The position numbers were made by a program, and so were the translations under genes. A stretch of 64,000 nt of DNA from a virus (lineage: Duplodnaviria; Heunggongvirae; Uroviricota; Caudoviricetes): IMG/VR virus record IMGVR_UViG_3300023179_004209, positions 32,001 to 96,000 of that record; one strand, given 5' to 3'. The notes beneath the pieces are model-generated. The model had not been told where the DNA came from and searched no databases. It saw only the letters and a program-made list of their open reading frames with translations. Shown here one piece after another: positions 36,071 to 46,868 of this stretch. The stretch's first letter is position 1; every line of letters begins with the position of its first letter.

Positions 36071-38908
36071 TTACTTTCTTATATTAATTGAATATTCATT
36101 TATACCGTCAGTTGTAAACGCAATTTCTTGACCTCGTATAGAACGAATACCTGCTTTTATTGTAGTTGTCCAATTGCCATTTTCAACTTTATGTGATACA
36201 TCTACAATTTGACAGATTATTTCTCTTTCGGAGTATGGGCTTGGTAAATTTTTTAAACTAAATAATTGAAATGTTCTAAGTCCAGATATACCTTGCATTG
36301 TCATTTCTACCGTAAATCCTGGCTGTTGTCCGCCATAAATATTAGTATTATTTTTAAAATCCATATCGTTCATCAACGCAATCAATAAAGATTCATTTGG
36401 CAATACTAAATTCACTATATTCCACGCAGTAATTTCTGTTTTTATTTCTACTTTATTAGAAACGTAAAACTCTCCGCCATCGCCTCCGGTTCTAGCAGAA
36501 GCCATAAGTTTTGCTTTAGATATTTTTTGTTCTTGTTCAGTATTATAAAATTTAGTATTATATTTTTTAAATGACATTATATAAGAACCCAATTTATTAT
36601 TACCGGAATTTTGTAAAGCAGGAGAGTTTTGTAATTGTCTTATAGTTTCTAAATTATCATCTATTTTTTTAGGCGAATCAGAAACTCCAATATTAAATCT
36701 GTCACCGTAAGGAAAAGGTAATGTTTGATTTGAATTTACCTCGCCATTTGGAGAACCATCTGTTGTTTTATTTGTTGATGCAGATGAAATTACTTGATTC
36801 GCCGCAACATTTGATAGTTGTGCAGTAAAATTTATACTTTTTATAAAATTATTCGATGTTCCGACATCAAATTGATATATTTTCATTTTATTATATTGCA
36901 CGTACTTTTTATCAACGATCCTTAATTTACCAGAATCTTCACTGTCTTCTACTACTGCAAGTTCCCATATCTTTGCCGCAGCGGAATTGATTTTATTCAA
37001 CAAAGAATTATAAAACATTTCTACTGTTTCAGATGACTTCGCACATTCAATTAATATATTTTTATTAACAAATAAATCTTTTAAATACCCCCAATAACCT
37101 GCTTTTTTATCTGTTTCACTATCATCGACCCATTGTGGAAATGACCTACTACCAGGAGAATCATTTCTGTCATATCTAAATCTGTTTATAATTTCATCTA
37201 AATTATCTCTCATAATAGCTGCACCGGTTCCTACTTCGGATGATGTATCTATTACTTGTCCAACACCAGGTATAGGAGAATCAAATGAAAGAACATCCAA
37301 TCCAAAAATACTTATTTTTGTTTGAGTTTTTTGTCTTATGCTAATACCTGTTTTAAATATTTTTGATAATGTTAAATCATACTGATCAAGAGAAGACGAT
37401 GTATATGAAATCACTCTTTTAATTTTTGACTGAAATAAATCCGTTTTTGGAGAATTTATTATTATAGTCTGTTTTTGAAAATCATTAGATTCAGGATCTG
37501 ATACTGGATATACAATTCCTGCATTAAACTTTGGTGCTTTAGCATTTGGTATTAATAAAACACTTCCATCACATGAGATTAAATTTGGATGTGCTCCTAT
37601 CTTTACATCGTCAATATCAATTTCATAAAGATTATAATCAGTAGCATTTTTTAATTGTAAATTGATTTGTTTATTAAAAAATACATTCGCAAGTTCTACA
37701 ATAAATCCCATTGTAACCCATATATCTTTTTGATCGGATTTATCCCAATCATATTCAGATTGTCCAACCATCCTTAAACCATCTTTAAACCCGTCATCAT
37801 TTTTTCTTCCCATGAAAAATCTGTCTTCAGGTCTTTTATTTCCATTATTACCTTCCCAATCTATATATTGTCCATCATTATATTTATAAAAATTAAAAGT
37901 ATTTGAAAAAAAGGTTATATTTTTTGCATTTTCTTCTTGTTGATCCAATGCATCCATGAAATTTTTTCCAAAAGGATTTTTTTCGGTACCACTAAGACAG
38001 TGAGGTAATTTAGTTAATCTTTTTTCCAAATATTCTGCAAAAGTAGATTGAACCGAACTTTTATTTTTATCAGATGAAACTTTTGCCGCTGTATTAACTA
38101 ATACACCAGAATAATTAGCATGCTTAGATAATATTTCAGTCTTACAGTCATATGTAATTCCATCTTGACTTGTAAAGTCAAATCCACTAATTATTCCCAT
38201 CGTAACATCATATAATCCATATGAATTTCTTATGTTTTGATCATATAATAAAGATCCACTGTTAGTAAATAACTCTTTTAGATTGTCCAAATTACTAGCT
38301 CTCAAATCAAGCAAAGACACAGGATTGAAATGATTCCATCCAAATTCAACAAACGCACTAATCTTTGGTGTTAAAAAATATGGTGTCATGTACTCCAATT
38401 GAGCAAATCCATAACACTTCCAATTAACAGTAATTTTTCTGATTCTTTCTTTTTGTATTACCGCATCAATAGATGTAATACCAGGAACAGGCAAAAACTT
38501 TTGAACCGTTCTATTTTCATTTGATAAAGAATTTGGAAATGAAACAAAGTTACCATCATTTGATAGATCTAATACGTGCTCAACGCCTTCAGAATCATAT
38601 CCTAATACATTTTTATTATTAGTAATACCATAACTTTTATCAAATCCCTCTCCTCCATGCAAAATAAAACCATTTCTAATAGGAAAATTACTTTTGTCAC
38701 TTACTCTACCAGTTCCATTTGAAAATACTCTTGCCCAAGCAGTCATTGGTCCTTTGTAACTTTGCCAATTACCATTATCGTCCCAATTAATACTTACTGG
38801 TACAGGATACTCAAACCCAATATCGTTTTGTCTTCTTATAAATTCTTTAATCACCCAATTTGGTATTGGATGTGGTGCCCACGGTCTGTTGTCTGGTGTT
38901 GTTGCCAT
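36071..38908 (-). CDS. Putative baseplate hub / tail protein
   Basis: PVPGITS, FVEFGW, C-terminal GISG.....F...NLP...VSHKVENGNWTTTI hub-like pattern; position after LysM gene. Confidence 0.6.
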   Translation of the reverse strand: MATTPDNRPWAPHPIPNWVIKEFIRRQNDIGFEYPVPVSINWDDNGNWQSYKGPMTAWARVFSNGTGRVSDKSNFPIRNGFILHGGEGFDKSYGITNNKNVLGYDSEGVEHVLDLSNDGNFVSFPNSLSNENRTVQKFLPVPGITSIDAVIQKERIRKITVNWKCYGFAQLEYMTPYFLTPKISAFVEFGWNHFNPVSLLDLRASNLDNLKELFTNSGSLLYDQNIRNSYGLYDVTMGIISGFDFTSQDGITYDCKTEILSKHANYSGVLVNTAAKVSSDKNKSSVQSTFAEYLEKRLTKLPHCLSGTEKNPFGKNFMDALDQQEENAKNITFFSNTFNFYKYNDGQYIDWEGNNGNKRPEDRFFMGRKNDDGFKDGLRMVGQSEYDWDKSDQKDIWVTMGFIVELANVFFNKQINLQLKNATDYNLYEIDIDDVKIGAHPNLISCDGSVLLIPNAKAPKFNAGIVYPVSDPESNDFQKQTIIINSPKTDLFQSKIKRVISYTSSSLDQYDLTLSKIFKTGISIRQKTQTKISIFGLDVLSFDSPIPGVGQVIDTSSEVGTGAAIMRDNLDEIINRFRYDRNDSPGSRSFPQWVDDSETDKKAGYWGYLKDLFVNKNILIECAKSSETVEMFYNSLLNKINSAAAKIWELAVVEDSEDSGKLRIVDKKYVQYNKMKIYQFDVGTSNNFIKSINFTAQLSNVAANQVISSASTNKTTDGSPNGEVNSNQTLPFPYGDRFNIGVSDSPKKIDDNLETIRQLQNSPALQNSGNNKLGSYIMSFKKYNTKFYNTEQEQKISKAKLMASARTGGDGGEFYVSNKVEIKTEITAWNIVNLVLPNESLLIALMNDMDFKNNTNIYGGQQPGFTVEMTMQGISGLRTFQLFSLKNLPSPYSEREIICQIVDVSHKVENGNWTTTIKAGIRSIRGQEIAFTTDGINEYSINIRK

Positions 38909-38911
38909 AAC

Positions 38912-39208
38912 TTATGAATTTAATAACTTAAAATCTGCAATAATATTAGAAATGTTTTGTGGTATTCTTAATTGTATACCTGATAATACACTCAATCTTC
39001 CGTTTCCTAATTTATTTGCTTGTGCCAATATCCACCACAATGTTGGATCTTTGTAATATGTATTGGCAAGCGCATCAAACGTAGTTGTTTCATTTGTTAT
39101 AATATACAAATCGGTCATTGCATACGGAATTTTAGGATACAATAAAGATTTGTATACCCTCTTACCATCCCATCTTTTATTTTGATTTGCAAATGAATAT
39201 CTATTCAT
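38912..39208 (-). CDS. LysM-like baseplate wedge protein (gp53/P2 gpX-like)
   Basis: FDALANTYYKDPTLWWILAQAN...QLRIP. Confidence 0.8.
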   Translation of the reverse strand: MNRYSFANQNKRWDGKRVYKSLLYPKIPYAMTDLYIITNETTTFDALANTYYKDPTLWWILAQANKLGNGRLSVLSGIQLRIPQNISNIIADFKLLNS

Positions 39209-39211
39209 AAA

Positions 39212-41773
39212 TTATAATCCACTTCTATCCATTTCATATTCTGCATTTTGATATTCTTGTGTTGGTTGATTTTTTGTATTATTATACATCTCGTATATAC
39301 TTTGTTGATTTGCTGCTTGTTGTTCTTGTTCAATCTTCAATTGATAATTGTATTGAGCTGCTGCATCTTGTATATCTTCAGCTTTTTGATTATATATACT
39401 TTCTATTGCAGCATCTTCGGCAATTCTAGCAGCTTTTAATCTATTGATAGTATTTCTATCATCTATTATTTTTTGCATCGCAGCTTTAGTTGGTATAACG
39501 AGACCGTCAGGAAAATTCATATATAAATTCTTTGAGAATGAATCTACGGTTCCTTTTTGCACATCGGCGCCATCGTCCACTTTTTCAACATAATAATCAC
39601 CGAAATTAGTTCCTCCAACAACAGGACGTTCTTTTTCTAGTAAATCCATACTCAAATTCAATTCACATTCTCTTGGAAATTGTGCAACTTTTCCAATACT
39701 GTCTTGCCATTGAATACGACCATTTAAATAACTCCAATCAAAAGTAGCAGAGGTTTCTTCACTAACAGTTTCCCATACACAATTGTCAGGTATATTTACA
39801 CCTATGCTTTTAATTACGCCTGGTTGATTCTTATATATATCACCTATTGTAAATTTAACCAATGGCGGTATAATAAATCTAGAATATACATTTGAGTTAC
39901 TTTGTCCTCCTTGTGTATAATTAGCAGGTTTAGTTAAACCTACCAAATAATTAATTCTTTTCCACATTGGCAACAATTCTTTAACTGTATTAGCAACCAC
40001 GTTAAATTTAAAACTCAAAGTTCTTGAAAAACCTTTATATGATTGTAATTTATCAGCTCTTCCAATATATTCTATAGCCGACCAATCAGCATTATAATTT
40101 TCATTCAATCCTGTAACAGTAGCTCTAAATGGTATATATTTGTTATTTACAACATCGTGGAAATAAAACTTGATTATATCATCGTTATTACTATTATATT
40201 TTTTATCCAACCCAAGGTCTTCTTCATTCAAAACAGTTAATAAATTTATCTTATCGGAGGCCATTGATCCAGCCAATCCTTTTCCTTTTGGATCGTCCAA
40301 CAATTGTTTTCTTTTATTCAATGCAAATTGAGCAAGATACCCTCCACGATAATTAAATGGACTTTCTTCTCTTTGTTGTGAGTAAGGATCTTTTGTTAAT
40401 TGTTTGATAAAATCATAACCTTTATAAGATTGATTGGAAAATTGTTGATTAATGATATCAGTACTAGTTAATCCGTTATATGTATATCCTGCACTAACAA
40501 TTGTCTCCAATACTTTCTTCAAATTATCTTCAACGTCTTTAACATTTTGAGATTGCGGATCGGTAAATTTAGTTGTATACTTTTGTTTTAAATCGGCATA
40601 ATATGCCAAATTAATCAACATTTCAGAATTCTTAAATTCTTGATCTGGTGTAATATTGTTACCTACAGATTTACTATATCTTAAATCTTGATTTACATCA
40701 CCTAATTGTGACAATCCAACTTCTTGACCAAATAGGGTTGGAAAAGTTCCTGGTCTATTGCCATTCCACGGACCAATTTTTCCTATTATCAAATAAGTTC
40801 CATCAGCTTGTCTTAAATATCTACCTCTAACACCTGTTGTTTGATCAGTATCTCCTTTTCTAATTTCATTTGTACCAGCATACCATTTTTGTATTACTTT
40901 TTTATCAAAGGTATATTGTAAAGTTCCTGATGCATGTTCAAATACTGCGGTAGTTGATGACATTACACCATATGTTCCTTCATCTGCTCTGTATTGTGGA
41001 TCATTTGGTTGTTTAGGATTTGAAAACGCACCAAATAATGTACTTGATTTAAAGAAATCAGCAATTCCAGAAGAAGATTGTTTTCCTACCCATTTTGACT
41101 TTAATAATTTATCTCCTGCAGTTGCAGTTGGTGCTCTTAAAAATCCTTTGCCACCATCCAAACTTAAATTTGATAATGCTGCTTGATTACTATTACCAAC
41201 AGTACCTTTTGGCGGAGTAAGATTTTTTGATGATCCTTTTAAACCAAGAGCAGCTAATGCACCAATACCATTTGGTTCAATAAATCTTGTTGGTCTTTCA
41301 ATTAATCCCAATGAAGCAATACTAGTAGCAGCCAATACTGGCATTGCTGGATTATAAACCTTTGTTTCAGGAAATGGATTAAATCCTTGTAGTAATGTTT
41401 GTGCAGTAGCAAAAACTACACCATTTGCACTAATTGTAAATTTTGTTATTCTTAATATATCTTGAGGTCCAGAACCAACTGGTGCAGCTCTATTTTCATA
41501 TTTTTTTAATGAATTTAATCCTTTTGTTCCTGTATTTGGAGTAAAACTAAAAAATGGTTGTTTTGGACCAAACTTTAAAAGAGGGTTAGTACTATCAGTT
41601 TGTAACTTATATTTGTTATAAATTGCATCACTATTTTGAGCATATAATACACTCAACTCACCAGGCTGTCTTAAATCATTAAATCCAGATGGCAATGTAT
41701 ATCCTGCACCAATAATTTGCGTATTTGTAGTAGATAACGGAGCAGGTGATTCTAAATTATTAAGGTTTGCCAT
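39212..41773 (-). CDS. Baseplate / tube-initiator-domain protein
   Basis: IPFRATVTGLNE..ADW...YIGR....SYKGFSRTLSF, PPLVKFTIGD; follows tape measure. Confidence 0.65.
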   Translation of the reverse strand: MANLNNLESPAPLSTTNTQIIGAGYTLPSGFNDLRQPGELSVLYAQNSDAIYNKYKLQTDSTNPLLKFGPKQPFFSFTPNTGTKGLNSLKKYENRAAPVGSGPQDILRITKFTISANGVVFATAQTLLQGFNPFPETKVYNPAMPVLAATSIASLGLIERPTRFIEPNGIGALAALGLKGSSKNLTPPKGTVGNSNQAALSNLSLDGGKGFLRAPTATAGDKLLKSKWVGKQSSSGIADFFKSSTLFGAFSNPKQPNDPQYRADEGTYGVMSSTTAVFEHASGTLQYTFDKKVIQKWYAGTNEIRKGDTDQTTGVRGRYLRQADGTYLIIGKIGPWNGNRPGTFPTLFGQEVGLSQLGDVNQDLRYSKSVGNNITPDQEFKNSEMLINLAYYADLKQKYTTKFTDPQSQNVKDVEDNLKKVLETIVSAGYTYNGLTSTDIINQQFSNQSYKGYDFIKQLTKDPYSQQREESPFNYRGGYLAQFALNKRKQLLDDPKGKGLAGSMASDKINLLTVLNEEDLGLDKKYNSNNDDIIKFYFHDVVNNKYIPFRATVTGLNENYNADWSAIEYIGRADKLQSYKGFSRTLSFKFNVVANTVKELLPMWKRINYLVGLTKPANYTQGGQSNSNVYSRFIIPPLVKFTIGDIYKNQPGVIKSIGVNIPDNCVWETVSEETSATFDWSYLNGRIQWQDSIGKVAQFPRECELNLSMDLLEKERPVVGGTNFGDYYVEKVDDGADVQKGTVDSFSKNLYMNFPDGLVIPTKAAMQKIIDDRNTINRLKAARIAEDAAIESIYNQKAEDIQDAAAQYNYQLKIEQEQQAANQQSIYEMYNNTKNQPTQEYQNAEYEMDRSGL

Positions 41774-41794
41774 ATATTATAAATATCAAATAGT

Positions 41795-44191
41795 TTAATA
41801 TGCACCTCTAAATTTTGTAGCAACACCAAGTGCAGTACTTACCTTGGTGCCATCCAGATTAACTGCAATACCACCATTCTTCATCAATACGATCAATTCA
41901 TCCAATTTTGCAACAAGTTCAGCGTTTCCACCACCAGCTCCAATTCTAATAGATTCTAAATTTTTTAATGCAGGTAAATTAGTAGCAACTCCATTCAATT
42001 CAGAATTAAGTGCGCCTATAGCATTTGCCATCGCATAAATACCAAGAATTAAACTAGCATCTTTAAATATTAACAATGTATCATCCAAAGATGCGAGGGC
42101 CGAAATATTTGCAGCTATATCTTTTATTCCAGTACCAATAGATTCAATTCCTTGTCCAAACATTTGCATAGCTTTACCAGCAGCCATTGCGGATATTGCA
42201 AATGGAATAAATGCAAGTCCCAATAAAGCAATACCACCAGCCGCAGTTTCTAATACTCCAGTAGCCATTAATCCGGCAATTGTCAATCCAAGTGCAGCCA
42301 ATATTACACCCATTTTACCTAGTGAGCTCCAATCTACTGTATTAAATTGTTGTCCAGCTTTTGCTAAAATATACATTGCACCAGCAAACATTATTAATGC
42401 TGCACCCAACGATAATACTGTCGCTGGATTAATTCCTTTCATTGAATTCATAAATCCAGCAGGACCTGCACCTGGTCCAATAGGAGCAGCTCCTGCAGCA
42501 GATGATGTAATTGTAGTTGTAATCTTTTTACCCGAAGATGCAATTGCTTCTCCAGCTGAATCCATAGCACCTTTAAACGCACTACCAATTGTTTTTTGTA
42601 AAATAGACTTTAATGGCAATAATGGAAACAAAATTGTGCGCATTAAAATATTTCCAAAACCAAACCCCTTCGCAGCAAATCCTATACCAAGGATAAGAGC
42701 ACTAATACCAGCGGTCACTTTTTTCCATTCTTCCATTAAATCAACAACGTTTTGAAGCCAGTGTCCAATTTCTTGAAATATATCAATTCCTGGTTTTACA
42801 CTGTTCAACCATTCATTCGTTACATCATAAATAAGTCTTAGTGGATATAGAACAAATTTTGTAATTATACCGCTAACTTTTAGTAAAACACTCGCAATTG
42901 AAATAAATGCACTTAAAAATGGAAGAACTACTTCACCCAATTCAACCATAATACTATTGATACTAGCAAGTAACTTTTGTTGTTGATTTGCTAGTTGTTG
43001 TGACTTCATTTCTTTTTGATATTTTTCTGACAAACTTTCATTTGTTTTATCTATTGTATCCAAATTGGCAGTATATTTTGCATAAAGAGCAGGATCATCT
43101 ATTCTTAATTTATTTAACTCTTGTTGTTTAGCATTCATTTTATCCATTTCTTCAACAGACATTCCTAATGCTTTTGCAATACCCATTCTTTGGAAATAAT
43201 CCATTTTGGATACATCTCCGGCTTCTTTCAATAATCTGGACTGTTCTTTTGCCAATCCTTTTAAATCACCAGCATATGATAATTCTCTTGCACGTTGAAG
43301 ATTGATATCTTTACCAAATAACACACTAGCTTCCATTTCATCATTAATAGATGTTTGAAAATCTAATAATCCAGCAGCAGCTTTACCAACCAACTCCAAT
43401 GACGTACCCAATCTTTTTGCTTCAATCGCACCTTTTATTAATGCATCTACACTGCCTCTAAGTAATGCTCTAACTTCAGATGAAGGTTTTGAGACATCTT
43501 TCATTATTGCACCGAATGGTACACCTGCAGCTTTTGCCAAACTTGCCGCAGCACCTGCGGTTTCTCTAGCAATTTGAGGAGTCATTGCACCAATTCCCAT
43601 AAAACTTTGTAACACATTGACAGAATCTTCGGCAGCTATACCCAAATTCTGTTTCATCAAAGAAACATATTCTATGTTATCTTTATTTGCAATTGAAACA
43701 TCACCAAATGCAACTGCTAATTTTTCAGCAGAATCTGCTGCAACTTCAGCTGTAACACCAAATTGTGATAAATCTCTACTTGCAACTCTAATGTTGTTTT
43801 CTACTTCTTTGGTTTGACTTGATAAAAATCCAGTAGTTTCTCTAAATTTTAAAGCAGCGTTATCCAATTCAATAAATCTATCTACCGATCTGCTTAATAG
43901 TTCAAAATAAAATGTAGCAGGATTTATTAAATTTTGAGTTGTTGTATATAAATTACCAGCTTTTGTTGAAAGTTCCCCGAATTTATTTACTGATTCGCCG
44001 AATATTCTATTTTGAACATCAGTAAGTTTTAACATTTTTTGCAAAGCCTCTGTCATGTCTTGTACAGAGTCTTTCATTCTTTCTGCTGCATTTGCGCTTT
44101 CTCTATAAGTTTCTAACATTTCTTTTGTTATGTTAGACGCTCTTGCGAGATTCTCTACCTCTGCACCTGTCATTTGTGGTTTATCAGCCAT
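41795..44191 (-). CDS. Tail tape measure protein
   Basis: 798 aa, Ala/Gly-rich helical, hydrophobic C-half, V.LDG.KV end; follows chaperone. Confidence 0.8.
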   Translation of the reverse strand: MADKPQMTGAEVENLARASNITKEMLETYRESANAAERMKDSVQDMTEALQKMLKLTDVQNRIFGESVNKFGELSTKAGNLYTTTQNLINPATFYFELLSRSVDRFIELDNAALKFRETTGFLSSQTKEVENNIRVASRDLSQFGVTAEVAADSAEKLAVAFGDVSIANKDNIEYVSLMKQNLGIAAEDSVNVLQSFMGIGAMTPQIARETAGAAASLAKAAGVPFGAIMKDVSKPSSEVRALLRGSVDALIKGAIEAKRLGTSLELVGKAAAGLLDFQTSINDEMEASVLFGKDINLQRARELSYAGDLKGLAKEQSRLLKEAGDVSKMDYFQRMGIAKALGMSVEEMDKMNAKQQELNKLRIDDPALYAKYTANLDTIDKTNESLSEKYQKEMKSQQLANQQQKLLASINSIMVELGEVVLPFLSAFISIASVLLKVSGIITKFVLYPLRLIYDVTNEWLNSVKPGIDIFQEIGHWLQNVVDLMEEWKKVTAGISALILGIGFAAKGFGFGNILMRTILFPLLPLKSILQKTIGSAFKGAMDSAGEAIASSGKKITTTITSSAAGAAPIGPGAGPAGFMNSMKGINPATVLSLGAALIMFAGAMYILAKAGQQFNTVDWSSLGKMGVILAALGLTIAGLMATGVLETAAGGIALLGLAFIPFAISAMAAGKAMQMFGQGIESIGTGIKDIAANISALASLDDTLLIFKDASLILGIYAMANAIGALNSELNGVATNLPALKNLESIRIGAGGGNAELVAKLDELIVLMKNGGIAVNLDGTKVSTALGVATKFRGAY

Positions 44192-44231
44192 AATTTATAT
44201 GAATATAAATATAAAAAATAATGTTTTTATA

Positions 44232-44468
44232 TCACTTTCCTCTAGGAATATTTGGCCGTGAAATAGAACCCTCAGAAGATTTGTTTGTTTTCTCCATGGC
44301 TTCTTTTTCTTTTTCTTTCGTTTCTATAAGTTTTCTGATATAGAAAAGACGCAAGTATACAGGAAGATTGTATACAATATCCTGCGTAAATGCGCCTTGC
44401 GAATGATATGATAAACTAAATATCTGATCGTGTATTGTTAATTTATCTTCCGGAGTCAGGCCAAAAAA
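44232..44468 (-). CDS. Frameshift extension of the tail assembly chaperone (gpGT/gp51-like)
   Basis: Start-less open frame FFGLTPEDKLTIHDQIFSLSYHSQG...VYNLPVYLRLFYIRKL...GK* entered at CAG TTT TTT TGG. Confidence 0.75.
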   Translation of the reverse strand, partial: FFGLTPEDKLTIHDQIFSLSYHSQGAFTQDIVYNLPVYLRLFYIRKLIETKEKEKEAMEKTNKSSEGSISRPNIPRGK

Positions 44469-45279
44469 ACTGTACCGTTAGCGGTACACCTATCCTTTCC
44501 TCATGATTACATTGTTCACATTTGAAATCAAAATTTAAATCAATGTCAGGAGTTCTTTCTTTGATCAATTTTCTCAATTCAAAACTATCTCTGGAAGTCA
44601 ATTCATTTTCAACAAATTTCTTGATTTCAACCTTATCTACATTTCCGTCAACTGCTACAATTGTATATCTTAATCTAGTAGTTACATCAGATGTATTACC
44701 ACTTTTTATTTTTTGTAACATCTTGGTTTCGTTTTCAATTTGTTTTTCATCTCCTGATGTTAACAATTTACAAGTTACTGTCTTTTTACAATATGGAAGT
44801 TGAACATCAAAACGATTTGATCCTGGCGGATATTTGGATAAATCAACTTCTTTATATTTTAATTCTCCCAAATTAAATGTACATTCATTATTTTCTCTAC
44901 ATGACGGACATTTAATTTGAAGTGGACCATAACTGTCACCATAAGCAAATCTTCTTGTTGCAACAAATACCGCATTCTTATCGCCCAACAACAAATCATC
45001 CAACTTTATATCTTTATCCACTATTAATGATTCAATCAATTTATCTAAAACAATACCTTTTTTGATATAATTTTGATTGGTAAGAATGTCTTCTTCTCTA
45101 GCAGTCATTACCTTCAAATTAATAGTACCAACGCTCAATGGACTAGAAGAATCATAAAAATGACCATTGCTTGGTAAATCAACTACTTCAGATGGATATG
45201 TAGATTCTTGTTTAGGTTGTGACGTATTTCCAGCAAATTGACTAGCTGGTTTTGTAATAGGAATTGTATATTCGTCCAT
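44443..45279 (-). CDS. Tail assembly chaperone / baseplate hub assembly protein (gp26-like)
   Basis: VDLPSNG.FY, MTAREEDIL, LLLGDKNA, two CxxC pairs, ends FFWP. Confidence 0.8.
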   Translation of the reverse strand: MDEYTIPITKPASQFAGNTSQPKQESTYPSEVVDLPSNGHFYDSSSPLSVGTINLKVMTAREEDILTNQNYIKKGIVLDKLIESLIVDKDIKLDDLLLGDKNAVFVATRRFAYGDSYGPLQIKCPSCRENNECTFNLGELKYKEVDLSKYPPGSNRFDVQLPYCKKTVTCKLLTSGDEKQIENETKMLQKIKSGNTSDVTTRLRYTIVAVDGNVDKVEIKKFVENELTSRDSFELRKLIKERTPDIDLNFDFKCEQCNHEERIGVPLTVQFFWPDSGR

Positions 45280-45340
45280 AAATTATAACTTTCAGTATAC
45301 CAATATATAGTATAAAGTTATAATTTTTATTTTATTTAAT

Positions 45341-46186
45341 TCAAGACGACTGTACTTGTTTTTGAGCTGCTTTAACCAAATCATCTTTTGATTTGACTGC
45401 ATCTTTAGCTTTTGTAAATTCTTCCCCGGCTTTATCTCTTTCTTCTGGTGATTTAGCCATTTTTTGTTTAGCGGTGGCTAATTTTAATTTATCCTGAGCA
45501 TCTCTCTTTTCAACTTGTCTTTGTTGATATAAAGCTAAATTGGTTTTTTTAGTTGCTTGTTTAACTTTAGCATCATCTTCACTCAATATTTCATTGATAA
45601 GTTGTATAAGGCACTCCTTTATCTTTTTTTTAGATGTTGCCATTCCTTGTTTTACCGCATCAAATAATTCTTTTGCCAATTGAGGATTATTAGGAACGGT
45701 ACCCTTAAATGATTCAAAATCATTGCTTTTAACAAATTCTCTAGCCATACTAGCACTTACACCTTCTACTCCTTCTGCACCATCTTCTCTTTCACCACTA
45801 CTTACAATGTTCAAAGCATTGAATCGTGGTGTTTTATCCATTCCATTCCATGTATTCAACAACTTTGTAAATTCTGGTACTCTATCACTACCACAAACAA
45901 ATGTAGCGTCAGTATAACCATTTGCTTTTAATTTATCTGCAGCTTGTAAAACATTCTTGATTGTATTATCATATACAATCTTGTCTTGTATACTAGGAAA
46001 CAATTTCTTTAAAAAGTTAACCTTTGTTTGATAATCCAATGGGTTTTTATCTGGATCTTGTGATTGACTTGTAAATATATAAAAATCACCACCGTCTGCA
46101 GCATCTACTACAGTATCAATTAACTTTTTGTGTCCAATTGTAGGAGGATTAAATCTACCAAATGCAAATGCTACATGTTTCTTCAT
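45341..46186 (-). CDS. Phage cytidyltransferase-like HxGH nucleotidyltransferase with charged C-tail
   Basis: FGRFNPPTIGH, KNPL, CGSDR, GVSASMAR; likely start ATG 46186. Confidence 0.8.
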   Translation of the reverse strand: MKKHVAFAFGRFNPPTIGHKKLIDTVVDAADGGDFYIFTSQSQDPDKNPLDYQTKVNFLKKLFPSIQDKIVYDNTIKNVLQAADKLKANGYTDATFVCGSDRVPEFTKLLNTWNGMDKTPRFNALNIVSSGEREDGAEGVEGVSASMAREFVKSNDFESFKGTVPNNPQLAKELFDAVKQGMATSKKKIKECLIQLINEILSEDDAKVKQATKKTNLALYQQRQVEKRDAQDKLKLATAKQKMAKSPEERDKAGEEFTKAKDAVKSKDDLVKAAQKQVQSS

Positions 46187-46207
46187 ATACAATAAATATT
46201 CTATTAT

Positions 46208-46241
46208 AAAATAAAAAATCCCAATTCTTTTGGAACTGGGA
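46208..46241 (-). terminator. Intrinsic terminator after the tail tube gene
   Basis: TCCCAGTTC-caaaa-GAATTGGGA followed by TTTTTTATTTT. Confidence 0.75.
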
Positions 46242-46265
46242 CTTAAAAGGAATGTTTTTAACAAA

Positions 46266-46757
46266 TCAATATTGAAGAATAGCGTAATCTATTGCTAATG
46301 TCAAACTAATTGACATAGCTTCACCGCTGTCACCCCAGTCCAATTCACCGAAATCTGCACTGGTAATAAATGCACCTTTAAGTGTCCATTCTTCTACTTT
46401 ATCACCTACTGGTCCTAAAACATTAATGGTAAGATCTTTCTTATAGAAATCGCTATAACCATCACGGCCAGTAACTGATTCATGTCCAAGACGAATCCAT
46501 TCCATTACTGCTTGCGCACCAGATGGTACAATTGGATCATATAGTTCAATTGTTACATCATCCCATGTAGTCTTACCTTTATAATATCTTTGAATGTTGA
46601 TATGATCAAGGGTTTTCTTTTCACTTTTTGGTGATGGTCTCTTACACTTCTTAATCAAGAAACTTGGGATACCGTCACAATATAATATAAATCTATTCTT
46701 TACTTTTGGTTCAAATGTAGTAAAGAATATTTCGTTGCTATTTAGTAGATCTGCCAT
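46266..46757 (-). CDS. Tail tube protein (T4 gp19-like)
   Basis: FEPKVKNRF, GKTTWDDVTIELYDPI, FYKKD, EEWTLKGAF, FGELDW. Confidence 0.9.
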   Translation of the reverse strand: MADLLNSNEIFFTTFEPKVKNRFILYCDGIPSFLIKKCKRPSPKSEKKTLDHINIQRYYKGKTTWDDVTIELYDPIVPSGAQAVMEWIRLGHESVTGRDGYSDFYKKDLTINVLGPVGDKVEEWTLKGAFITSADFGELDWGDSGEAMSISLTLAIDYAILQY

Positions 46758-46868
46758 AATTTAAAATCCTTATTTGTTGTTTATTATAAATATAAATAAA
46801 AGAATATATTTTTGATTTTTATAGTTATTTTTTAAATAGTTATACCATATACGAACCAAAAACTAATT

